From Eubacteriales bacterium (GTDB lineage: Bacteria > Bacillota > Clostridia > Oscillospirales > CAG-272): DNA of 64,000 bases. Of the stretch, positions 1 to 7,761 are shown piece after piece. The notes under the pieces were generated by a model, which worked only from the letters and a program-made list of their open reading frames with translations, did not search any database and was not told the DNA's origin. The stretch covers positions 14,271 to 78,270 of the forward strand of contig JAZNJA010000252.1 of the NCBI GenBank assembly GCA_045577755.1. Direction: 5' to 3'. Position numbers and translations under genes: made by a program. How positions within the stretch are numbered: the stretch's first letter is position 1; the number at the start of each line of letters is the position of its first letter.

Positions 1-445
1 TCTCCACACGGAAGGCGAAGTACTCGTCCTTGGTGATGGGGGACTTGAGCTTCAGCTCGTCGGCGTTCTCCTTGTAGCGGGCGAACATATATCCGTCGGC
101 ATAGCCGCTGTCCTCGTAGATCATGGTGAAGGTACCGCCCGAGGTGATGGATACCTCGGACTCCTCCAGGTAGATGAAGGAATCATTGCTGTCGATGGCC
201 GTCAGCTTGGCCACGCCCTTCTGGTCATAGGTCGCGCCGCCGATATCCATTTTCATGATCATGGTCTGCTCCATGGTGAAGGAGAAGGCGGTATCGGCCT
301 TTTGGTTGGACATCTCGAAGAGCTTGACGGCGCGGTCGGGCTCATCCATGCGGTTGAGTCTTGCGGCGGGGGAGCAGGAGGACAGGGGGAGGGCCGCGGA
401 CAGCAGAAGGGCGGCGGTAAGAACCAGGGTCAGGATTCGTTTCAT
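1..445 (-). CDS. Secreted lipoprotein, tandem-paralog family member 1 (3' end beyond window)
   Basis: Absent from the ORF track because there is no stop in the window. Minus-strand ATG at 443-445 behind an AAGGAGA RBS. My translation starts MKRILTLVLTAALLLSAALPLSSCSPAARLNRMDEPD (signal peptide plus lipobox). It contains SGYADGYMF, the motif shared with the next two genes. Confidence 0.75.
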   Translation of the reverse strand, partial: MKRILTLVLTAALLLSAALPLSSCSPAARLNRMDEPDRAVKLFEMSNQKADTAFSFTMEQTMIMKMDIGGATYDQKGVAKLTAIDSNDSFIYLEESEVSITSGGTFTMIYEDSGYADGYMFARYKENADELKLKSPITKDEYFAFRVE

Positions 446-473
446 AGGTATCTCCTTTCTGAAATGGGTGCCG

Positions 474-1916
474 TCAGTCGGGGAAGGTGACGGTGACGGC
501 GGCGTCCAGAGTCAGCGGGGTGCCGTCGACGGTGGACTCGGCGTGGATGGTGAGGGTATGAGATTTGAGGATCCCGTCGGGGATCTCGGCGTCCAGACGG
601 CAGGTGAAGGCGGTCAGCTTCACGTTCCCCTCGGGGAAGGCGTTACTGAGGATGATGGAGGCTACCCGTCGGGCGCTGTCCTCGCTCAGGGTATAGCGGT
701 AGAATCCGCTCCCCTCCGAGATCAGCTCCGCCGTCTCCACGTCTCCCTTGGAAAGGCTCTGGGTATTCATGATATCCGACACCAGCACGCGGGCCTGGGC
801 ATCCATCATCTTGACAGATTGCTCGCTGAGCTTACGCCCGTTCTCGGCATAGACCGTCTCAAAGGCATCGGTTCCCGCGTAGGCCAGCTCGTAGCGGCCC
901 CCGCCCTCCACGCCGTATTTCAGGGTGAAGCGGTAGCCTCCCGCGTTGGCGTAGGTAACGTTCTGGGTCAGGCTGCCGGTTTGGGTCTGTCCTCCCACGG
1001 TCACGGTGGTGGCGGTCTCCACGGTGAATTCTCCCTGCGCGGCCCTTTCGCGGGCGCTCACGGCGTCAAAGTAGGCGTTGAGGATGCCCATATCGGACAG
1101 CTCGGTGTACCCGGAGAGGTTGACGTCGCGGATATTCGTCACGGCCACCGAGTCCTCCCCCAGGTCAAGCTCGTATTGGACCGTCACCGTGGGGCGGGCC
1201 ATGTAATTCTCCCGGCTCTTGTGGAAGGTCACCTCGGCAGAGATCGCGGTGGGGGTATAGTCCTCCGCCAGGGTCAGCGTGACTCTCAGATCCATGGGCT
1301 TGTGGGTGGAGGTCAGATTCAGGGCGTAGTCATGCTGACGGCTGAGGAAGCTCCGGGCGCGGTCCTCTCCAAAGCCCTCGAAGGTGACGACCCAGGTGCC
1401 GTCCTCCCGCTTTTCGGCGGTCTTGGTCTCACAGTGTCCGTCCTCGATGCAAAAGGGGGCGGGATATCCTCGGTTGCTCTTGACCTCCGCTATGCGGATG
1501 GTTTCCCCGTCGGCGGGGGCCTTGAAGTAGGATTCACCGACGCTCTCGGTGTGGCTTGAGAAGGCGTAGCCGTCCTTGTAGCCTGTCTCGGCGGTATAGA
1601 TGACTCCTTCACTCCCCAACCGCATGACCTGATGGACGTTTTCCCGGTAGGCGAATTCGTCCTTGCCATTCAGAAGATCCAGGGTCCGGGTCACGGAGCA
1701 GGAGGAGGAGTAGTAGGGATTCTTAATGAAAAGCCTGCTCGAAAGATGGAGGCGCTCTGCTTTCTCCAGGGCCTCCTCGGCCAGCTCGGCCAGGCGGACG
1801 GCCTTCTCAGACTCCTCCATGCGCTCCAGACGCTTTTCCTCAGAGCAGGAGGACAGAGACAGGGCTACCGACGCGATCAGCGCCGCAGTCAGCAGAAATA
1901 CGGTAAAGCGTTTCAT
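474..1916 (-). CDS. Secreted lipoprotein, tandem-paralog family member 2 (unknown function)
   Basis: ATG 1914-1916 with AAAGGAA RBS. Signal peptide plus lipobox (ALSLSSC). Motif TGYKDGYAF and overall layout shared with neighbours. No family recognised. Confidence 0.8.
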   Translation of the reverse strand: MKRFTVFLLTAALIASVALSLSSCSEEKRLERMEESEKAVRLAELAEEALEKAERLHLSSRLFIKNPYYSSSCSVTRTLDLLNGKDEFAYRENVHQVMRLGSEGVIYTAETGYKDGYAFSSHTESVGESYFKAPADGETIRIAEVKSNRGYPAPFCIEDGHCETKTAEKREDGTWVVTFEGFGEDRARSFLSRQHDYALNLTSTHKPMDLRVTLTLAEDYTPTAISAEVTFHKSRENYMARPTVTVQYELDLGEDSVAVTNIRDVNLSGYTELSDMGILNAYFDAVSARERAAQGEFTVETATTVTVGGQTQTGSLTQNVTYANAGGYRFTLKYGVEGGGRYELAYAGTDAFETVYAENGRKLSEQSVKMMDAQARVLVSDIMNTQSLSKGDVETAELISEGSGFYRYTLSEDSARRVASIILSNAFPEGNVKLTAFTCRLDAEIPDGILKSHTLTIHAESTVDGTPLTLDAAVTVTFPD

Positions 1917-1950
1917 GAGGGCGGTTCCTTTCTGTCTTTTGGTGAATGCT

Positions 1951-3423
1951 TCAGACGGGGGCGGGGGTGGAGAGCTGATCCGAGAAGGTACAGGTGATCT
2001 TCAGCTCATAGCGATGGGCTTCGGCTGTGTCGGTATAGCCCTCGGCCAGCACGTACAGGTAGACGTGGGTCAGAGTGCCGTTCTTCATGGTCACGTCCAT
2101 GTAGGCGTCCATATATTTCATGGAACCGTTCAGCTCGTAGAAGTAGGAGCAGTACTCCGCCTGGAGAGAGGCGCCCAGGTGGAAGCGGTACTTCCCCGCC
2201 TCGGGGTCGATCGCCTCGATACGGGTGACGTACACGGGAGAAAAGTCACGCAGATTCAGCTCGCTTCGGATGTGGTACCGCATATCTCCCTCGGAATACT
2301 CAAAGGAATCCCCCGCGATCTCCCCGCGGTAATCGGTCTCGCGGTACTCCATGATGCCGTCCTCGTAGATAACACGGGTGCGGGTCAGCTTCCCCTCATA
2401 GCCGTAGCTCCCCTCGGAGGAGTAGTACAGGGCGTTCTGATAGGTATCGAGACTCATGTTGACGTTGTAGAGCCAGACCGAGGGCTTGCCGTCCTCCTCG
2501 ATGTTCTCGCGGGAGGCATACGTATAGGTTCCTCGCTCGGCGTAGACCCGATCCTCAAAGCAGGCAACGTAATCGTCCAGCACGGTCAGGTCCCCGATAT
2601 CGTCAAAGGTAGAGAGATCCACCCCCTTGAAATCCTCGGGGATCTCATAGGCGAAGGTCTGCTCGGTATTCACCGTGAATTGGCGCTCGCCCAGGTAGCC
2701 CTCGGCGGCGTACTGGGTGTAGGTCAGGGTGAAGGCTGCGCTCTTGAAGCGGAGGTCGGGGGTGGAATGGAAGACCACGGTGGCGTCGGAGGGGTAGATG
2801 GACTCGCCCATGGCGCTCAGATCCAGGCCGTACTGATTGGTCAATTCATACACGCCTTCCTGGTTCAGCCCCGAGAAGGTGGCTGTGAAGGAGCCGTCCT
2901 TGTTCCTTACGCAGGTCACGGTCTGACAGTCCCAATACGTGGGATAGAGCAGAAGCTCCTCGGAGAGGAGCGTGTAATCCAGCTCGGCCACGGGAACGGC
3001 GGTCTTTGCCTTGACGGTGTAGCCGCTGACCTGGTTGGACTTGTAGAGATAGCCGTCGGCATAGCCGCTGATCAGACGGGTCTCCACGTACTGCTCACCG
3101 TACCGGGTAAGATGGGTCTCCTCGTAATGATCCATGCGGGCGGCACCGTAAGGGCTCTTGCTGATCCGCTTTACGTTGTGGGTCAGCTGATACTCCTGCC
3201 CGTCCAGGCGGCCGCGGAAGGTGGTGGAGCTTTCCTCCGTAAAGGCGAGGGCCGACAGGAGACTGTTGGCCATATGCTCGTAGAGCTCGTAGGCGCGGGA
3301 CTCCTCGTCCAGCTTCATGAGCTCCTGAACCTCCCGACTGCCTGCGGTACAGCCGGGGAGGGCGGAGAGCAGTATGCTCAGCAGAAGCGCGAGGACCAAA
3401 GGGCGTGTCACGGTTGTTTTCAT
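1951..3423 (-). CDS. Secreted lipoprotein, tandem-paralog family member 3 (unknown function)
   Basis: Track ORF 1951-3465 trimmed to the internal ATG at 3421-3423, giving MKTTVTRPLVLALLLSILLSALPGC (lipobox). Motif SGYADGYLY as in the paralogs. Confidence 0.8.
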   Translation of the reverse strand: MKTTVTRPLVLALLLSILLSALPGCTAGSREVQELMKLDEESRAYELYEHMANSLLSALAFTEESSTTFRGRLDGQEYQLTHNVKRISKSPYGAARMDHYEETHLTRYGEQYVETRLISGYADGYLYKSNQVSGYTVKAKTAVPVAELDYTLLSEELLLYPTYWDCQTVTCVRNKDGSFTATFSGLNQEGVYELTNQYGLDLSAMGESIYPSDATVVFHSTPDLRFKSAAFTLTYTQYAAEGYLGERQFTVNTEQTFAYEIPEDFKGVDLSTFDDIGDLTVLDDYVACFEDRVYAERGTYTYASRENIEEDGKPSVWLYNVNMSLDTYQNALYYSSEGSYGYEGKLTRTRVIYEDGIMEYRETDYRGEIAGDSFEYSEGDMRYHIRSELNLRDFSPVYVTRIEAIDPEAGKYRFHLGASLQAEYCSYFYELNGSMKYMDAYMDVTMKNGTLTHVYLYVLAEGYTDTAEAHRYELKITCTFSDQLSTPAPV

Positions 3424-3589
3424 GGCAGTAACCTTTCTCGTATCGTTGAAGTTATGATAGCACAAATTTCGGATAATTGGGCGAAAGTGGGATAATCGGT
3501 CGCGTTTTGGGACGATCGGTAGGTCTTCACTTCATAAGACACCAAAAAAGCCGAAATATTACAAGTTTACAGAAATATTTTACTATATA

Positions 3590-3618
3590 ATTGTAAATAA
3601 AGTGTGAACTTCGGTCAA
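3590..3618 (-). promoter_or_regulatory. SigA-type promoter, lipoprotein-paralog operon
   Basis: Minus strand: TTGACC (3613-3618), 17 nt, TACAAT (3590-3595). About 165 nt upstream of ATG 3423. Confidence 0.5.
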
Positions 3619-3664
3619 CCTCCAATGAGCATTTGTTTTTTTCCTCCGAATCGGGCCAAATTTG

Positions 3665-3693
3665 TTGACAAAACCCGGAATCGGGAGTATAAT
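3665..3693 (+). promoter_or_regulatory. SigA-type promoter, MBL/alpha-beta hydrolase operon
   Basis: TTGACA (3665-3670), 17 nt, TATAAT (3688-3693). 31 nt upstream of ATG 3725. Confidence 0.8.
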
Positions 3694-3724
3694 GGAGGCA
3701 ATTCAACACACAGGAGGCACCATT

Positions 3725-4558
3725 ATGGCCAAGCTTCATTTTCTGAAATCGGTCACCGATACCATCAACACGTCCTTCATTCTGGAGAGCGGAGACACCC
3801 TCCTCATGGTGGACGGGGGCTTCCCCTCCGAGACCCCTTACCTGTACGAGTACCTCAAGGGTCTGGGCGGCCACGTCACCGCCTGGTTCATCACTCACTT
3901 CCACGACGACCACATGGGCGCTCTCTGGACTCTGCTCCGCGAGCACCCCGACATCCGGGTGGACGGCGTGTACTGCCACCTGCCCTCGGACGAGTTCCTC
4001 ATCCACCACGCCCCCACACAGGACGAGTTCACCACCGAGGAGCTTCTGAACGGTCTGCGGGGTGAGATGGCCAAGAGAGGCACTCCCGAGATCGTGGTAC
4101 AGGCGGGAGAGGACTACGCCTTTGACGGCGGCTCCGTCAACGTCCACGTCGTCCATACCCCCGACGAGACCCTGGTCCGCAATCCCATCAACGATTCCTC
4201 CATCGTCTTCCGCTTTGAGGCCGACGGCAAGCGCATTCTCTTCCTGGGTGATCTGGGTCCCGAGGGAGGCGTGCAGCTTCTGGAGGACGTGGACCACGCC
4301 GAGCTGAAGGCGGATTTCGTCCAGATGGCCCACCACGGTCAGGGCTGTGTAAACCGCGACTGCTACGCCGCCATTCAGCCCACCTACTGCCTGTGGCCTA
4401 CCCCCTCCTGGCTCTGGGACAACATGGGCCCCGGGGGCTACGATACGGGTCATTTCGGCACGGTGGTCACCCGCGGCTGGATCAGCTCTCTGCGCTGTGT
4501 CAAGCGACACTACCTCATGATCCACGGCACCCAGGTCATCGACTTGACGGAGGTGTAA
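3725..4558 (+). CDS. MBL-fold metallo-hydrolase
   Basis: HxHxDH motif (THFHDDHMG) with later His/Asp ligands (MAHHGQG). Start moved to ATG 3725 behind an ACAGGAGG RBS. Consensus promoter upstream. Confidence 0.85.
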   Translation: MAKLHFLKSVTDTINTSFILESGDTLLMVDGGFPSETPYLYEYLKGLGGHVTAWFITHFHDDHMGALWTLLREHPDIRVDGVYCHLPSDEFLIHHAPTQDEFTTEELLNGLRGEMAKRGTPEIVVQAGEDYAFDGGSVNVHVVHTPDETLVRNPINDSSIVFRFEADGKRILFLGDLGPEGGVQLLEDVDHAELKADFVQMAHHGQGCVNRDCYAAIQPTYCLWPTPSWLWDNMGPGGYDTGHFGTVVTRGWISSLRCVKRHYLMIHGTQVIDLTEV

Positions 4559-4559
4559 G

Positions 4560-5516
4560 ATGCTCTGGCTCTGGATCGGGCTGGGGGTGCTTTCGGTGGT
4601 CTTGTCCTTCGTGATCTCGGTCACCCTGGTCTGCTACTACCGTATGTTCCATTCCAAGCCCCGGGTACATCCCAAGGAGGACGAATACACCATTCCCGAC
4701 GGAGAGATCTATGAGGTCTTCCGCGAGGACATGATCGGCTGGACTAAGATGATCCGCGCCTATCCCTATCAGGAATACGCCATCAAGTCCTTCGACGGCC
4801 TGACGCTTCGGGCCAAGTTCTACGAGCTGACGCCCGGAGCGCCCATCGAGCTGATGTTCCACGGCTACCGCGGCTGTGCAGAGCGGGATCTCAGCGGCGG
4901 AGTGGAGCGTGCCTTTCAGCTGGGCCACAGCGCCCTGCTCATCGACCACCGGGCCGCGGGCTTCTCAGACGGCCGTGTGATCACCTTCGGTATTCTTGAG
5001 AAGCGGGACTGCCGCGATTGGATCGACTTCGCGGTGAAGGAGTTCGGGAAGGATTCCCGATTGATCCTCACAGGCGTCTCTATGGGCGCGGCTACGGTCA
5101 TGATGACGGCGGGTCAGCCCCTGCCGCCACAGGTCCAATACGTGCTGGCGGATTGCGGCTACACCTCCCCCAGGGAGATCATCTCCAAGGTCATGGCGGA
5201 TATGCACCTGCCTCCCGTGCTGGTCTACCCCTTCGCCAGACTGGCCGCCCGCCTTCTCGGGCATTTCGATCTGGACGGGGACTCCCCCATAGAGGCCATG
5301 AAGCGGTGTACGATCCCCGTGGTATTCGCTCACGGCGATACCGATGACTTCGTGCCCTACGACATGAGCGTGCGGCTCTGCGAGGCCTGTACGGGACGGC
5401 ACAAAAAGCTCGTGACCATTCACGGCGCGGGGCACGGCCTGGCCTTCCCCGTGGGGCGGGATGAATACGTGAACGCCCTGGCGGAGTTCAAGCGGGAATG
5501 CGGCTTTGACTTCTGA
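4560..5516 (+). CDS. Membrane-anchored alpha/beta-fold hydrolase
   Basis: N-terminal TM helix, GxSxG nucleophile elbow (GVSMGA), acid/His region (HGDTDDFVP ... GAGH). ATG 2 nt after the MBL stop, with a GGAGGTG RBS inside the MBL 3' end. Confidence 0.8.
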   Translation: MLWLWIGLGVLSVVLSFVISVTLVCYYRMFHSKPRVHPKEDEYTIPDGEIYEVFREDMIGWTKMIRAYPYQEYAIKSFDGLTLRAKFYELTPGAPIELMFHGYRGCAERDLSGGVERAFQLGHSALLIDHRAAGFSDGRVITFGILEKRDCRDWIDFAVKEFGKDSRLILTGVSMGAATVMMTAGQPLPPQVQYVLADCGYTSPREIISKVMADMHLPPVLVYPFARLAARLLGHFDLDGDSPIEAMKRCTIPVVFAHGDTDDFVPYDMSVRLCEACTGRHKKLVTIHGAGHGLAFPVGRDEYVNALAEFKRECGFDF

Positions 5517-5536
5517 CGGCCGCGACACGGACAACG

Positions 5537-5575
5537 AAAAAGGACAGAGAATTTTTCGGTTCTCTGTCCTTTTTC
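5537..5575. terminator. Bidirectional intrinsic terminator between convergent hydrolase and kinase genes
   Basis: AAAAAGGACAGAGA (stem 5541-5550), loop, TCTCTGTCCTTTTT (stem 5561-5570). A-run before and T-run after. Confidence 0.85.
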
Positions 5576-5635
5576 TCGTGATTTGCGAGTTTTACCCGGG
5601 TAAGACTCGGGCCGTCCATCGGAGGTCGGGTTCGG

Positions 5636-6745
5636 TCATACGACGTGCTTGGGCAGCTCTACCGTGAAGGTATTCATGCCCTCCTCGGAGCAGACCTCGA
5701 TGCTGCCCACGTGCAGCTCCACCACCCGCTTCACCACGGCCAGGCCGATGCCGTTCCCCTCGGTGGCGTGGGATTCGTCGGCCTGGTAGAACTTGCCGAA
5801 TATCTTGCCCATCTGCTCGGTGGGGATCTCGGCGCCTGTGTTGCTCACCGACACCGAAAGGGTCTCGCCGCCGTCACGGACGTCAACTATGACCGTACCG
5901 CACCGCGGGGAGAACTTGATGGCGTTGTCGATCAGGTTGATCCACACCTGCTTGAGCAGCTCCTCGTTGCCCTCTACGGTATACTCACGGAAATCCAGCT
6001 GCAGCTCAATGCTCTTCTCCATCCATTTTCCCTCCAGAAGCAGGACCGCCGAGCGGATCTGCTCCGACAAATTGAAGGCGGTCACGTCGGTCAGGATGGT
6101 CTGATTTTCCACCTTGCTGAGGTTCAGCACGTTGGTCGCCATGTAGGACAGCCGTCTTGATTCCTCTTCAATGGAGGTCAGGTAGGCTTCTCTTTGCGAC
6201 TCGGTCAGGTTCCCCCGACGCAGAAGCTTGGCGAAGCCCGCTATGGAGACGATAGGGGTCTTGAATTCATGGGAAAAATTGTTAATGAAATCACTGCGCA
6301 GCACCTCGGTATGCTCCAGCTCCTCGGCCAGCTTGTTGAAGCTCTCCCGAATATCTGTGACAGCCGGGTGGTTGGCGATCATACCCTTGGGCTCCATGCG
6401 AGTGGAGTAATCCCCCTGGGCCAGACGGTTCATGAGGGAAATGAGGGTATGGATGGGGCGCAGGGGAATGCGGATGCTGAAGAAGATCAGCACCCAGGCC
6501 AGAATCAGGCTGATGACCGACATGATCAGCACCACGGTGGCCAGGCCCATGTCCTCATCCATGCTGCCGATCACCCCCGCCCAGCGGAGAATGTAAACCC
6601 CCAGGACCGCCAGGCCGATGGCGGCACCCAGGATGCAGAAGACCAGAAGAGCTAACAGCAGGGTCAGGGTAGTCAGCCGTTTACGCTCGGACCGCGCGCG
6701 ATTGCGGACTCGGGTGGACAGGGACAGGATCTTCTTGACGCTCAT
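5636..6745 (-). CDS. Sensor histidine kinase (two TM helices, very short outer loop)
   Basis: H-box FSHEFKTP, N-box DNAIKFSP, G-boxes (DVRDGG, GNGIGLAVVK). HAMP-like segment after TM2. Start overlaps the response-regulator stop by 4 nt (ATGA). Confidence 0.9.
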   Translation of the reverse strand: MSVKKILSLSTRVRNRARSERKRLTTLTLLLALLVFCILGAAIGLAVLGVYILRWAGVIGSMDEDMGLATVVLIMSVISLILAWVLIFFSIRIPLRPIHTLISLMNRLAQGDYSTRMEPKGMIANHPAVTDIRESFNKLAEELEHTEVLRSDFINNFSHEFKTPIVSIAGFAKLLRRGNLTESQREAYLTSIEEESRRLSYMATNVLNLSKVENQTILTDVTAFNLSEQIRSAVLLLEGKWMEKSIELQLDFREYTVEGNEELLKQVWINLIDNAIKFSPRCGTVIVDVRDGGETLSVSVSNTGAEIPTEQMGKIFGKFYQADESHATEGNGIGLAVVKRVVELHVGSIEVCSEEGMNTFTVELPKHVV

Positions 6746-7416
6746 ACCCGCTTCACCGCCTTATAGCCCAGGCCGCGAACCGACTCGATCTGGAATTCCT
6801 CCCAGCCCTCAAAGCGCTTGCGGAGCCGCCCGATATGGACCGTAACGGTCTCCCAGCCGGTTTCGCTGTCAGCCCCCCAGATCTCGTCCATGAGCTGGAT
6901 GCGGGTAAAGATCTTGCCCGGATAGGAGAGGAGCTTGTAGAGGAGCTGGAATTCCTTCTGAGGAAGCTCCTGGACCGTGTCTCCCTTGCGTACGGTGAAG
7001 GTGTCGTAATCCAGCACCACCTGACCCACACGGATGCGCCGCTCGGAGGCAATGCGGGCACGGCGGAGAAGGGCCTTGATGCGGTAGACCATCTCCTCGT
7101 CGTCGATGGGCTTGGTCATGTAGTCGTCTGTCCCCATTGTGAAGGCCTTATGCTTGTCGGCGGGGAGCTGCTTGGCCGAGACCATGAGAATGGGGAGGTC
7201 GTTATCCGATTCCCGCAGGAGTCGGGTGAACTCATAGCCGTCCATTCTGGGCATCATGATGTCCAGAACCACCAGATCGACGTGGGCGCGGTCCATGCAG
7301 GACAGGGCTTCCTCGCCGTTGGCGGCGGTGGTCACGGTGAAGCCCGCGTTCTCCAGCACGGCCTGCAAAAACAGTCTGGTATTCTTATCGTCATCTACGA
7401 CTAAGATATGCAACAT
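6742..7416 (-). CDS. OmpR-family DNA-binding response regulator
   Basis: Receiver domain (MLHILVVDDD ... DLVVLDIMMP ... SAK) plus a C-terminal winged helix (TVTVHIGRLRKRF ... RGLGYK). Track ORF trimmed to ATG 7414-7416 behind an AAGGAAG RBS. Confidence 0.9.
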   Translation of the reverse strand: MLHILVVDDDKNTRLFLQAVLENAGFTVTTAANGEEALSCMDRAHVDLVVLDIMMPRMDGYEFTRLLRESDNDLPILMVSAKQLPADKHKAFTMGTDDYMTKPIDDEEMVYRIKALLRRARIASERRIRVGQVVLDYDTFTVRKGDTVQELPQKEFQLLYKLLSYPGKIFTRIQLMDEIWGADSETGWETVTVHIGRLRKRFEGWEEFQIESVRGLGYKAVKRV

Positions 7417-7510
7417 GATTCTACTTCCTTGCCCGAGGACTCTTGTGAGCGCCTCGTATTGATGGAACGGCATCCCCGCGGGGGGCGCGGCGGCTTCCGA
7501 TCCTCACGTC

Positions 7511-7540
7511 ATTATAGCACAGATCACCCCGTCTTGTCAA
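7511..7540 (-). promoter_or_regulatory. SigA-type promoter, response regulator/kinase operon
   Basis: Minus strand: TTGACA (7535-7540), 18 nt, TATAAT (7511-7516). Confidence 0.6.
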
Positions 7541-7698
7541 GGGTAGACTCCCTGTTTCGGGATCCTGCCGCCAAAGGAACGGGTGATCTTACCATCCACC
7601 TCCTCCCTCACGGGCTTTCTGTTGCCCTCTGTCCCCGCCTCTTGGGAAATTGACGGAAAGAGGCGTACGCGGTCGGAAAATATCGGCTACCTTTGACA

Positions 7699-7727
7699 TT
7701 GACTTTTCATGACAAAGCAGGTATAAT
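7699..7727 (+). promoter_or_regulatory. SigA-type promoter, multi-OB lipoprotein gene
   Basis: TTGACT (7699-7704), 17 nt, TATAAT (7722-7727). A second overlapping TTGACA lies at 7693-7698. Confidence 0.75.
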
Positions 7728-7761
7728 GTAGGATAGAAAAATTTATAGTGAGGTGACCGCC

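Noticed and set aside
255-1559. 434-aa plus-strand ORF at the window start
   Set aside because: It is opposite two lipoprotein genes that have RBSs and lipoboxes. It spans their intergenic region and has a non-ATG or poor start context.
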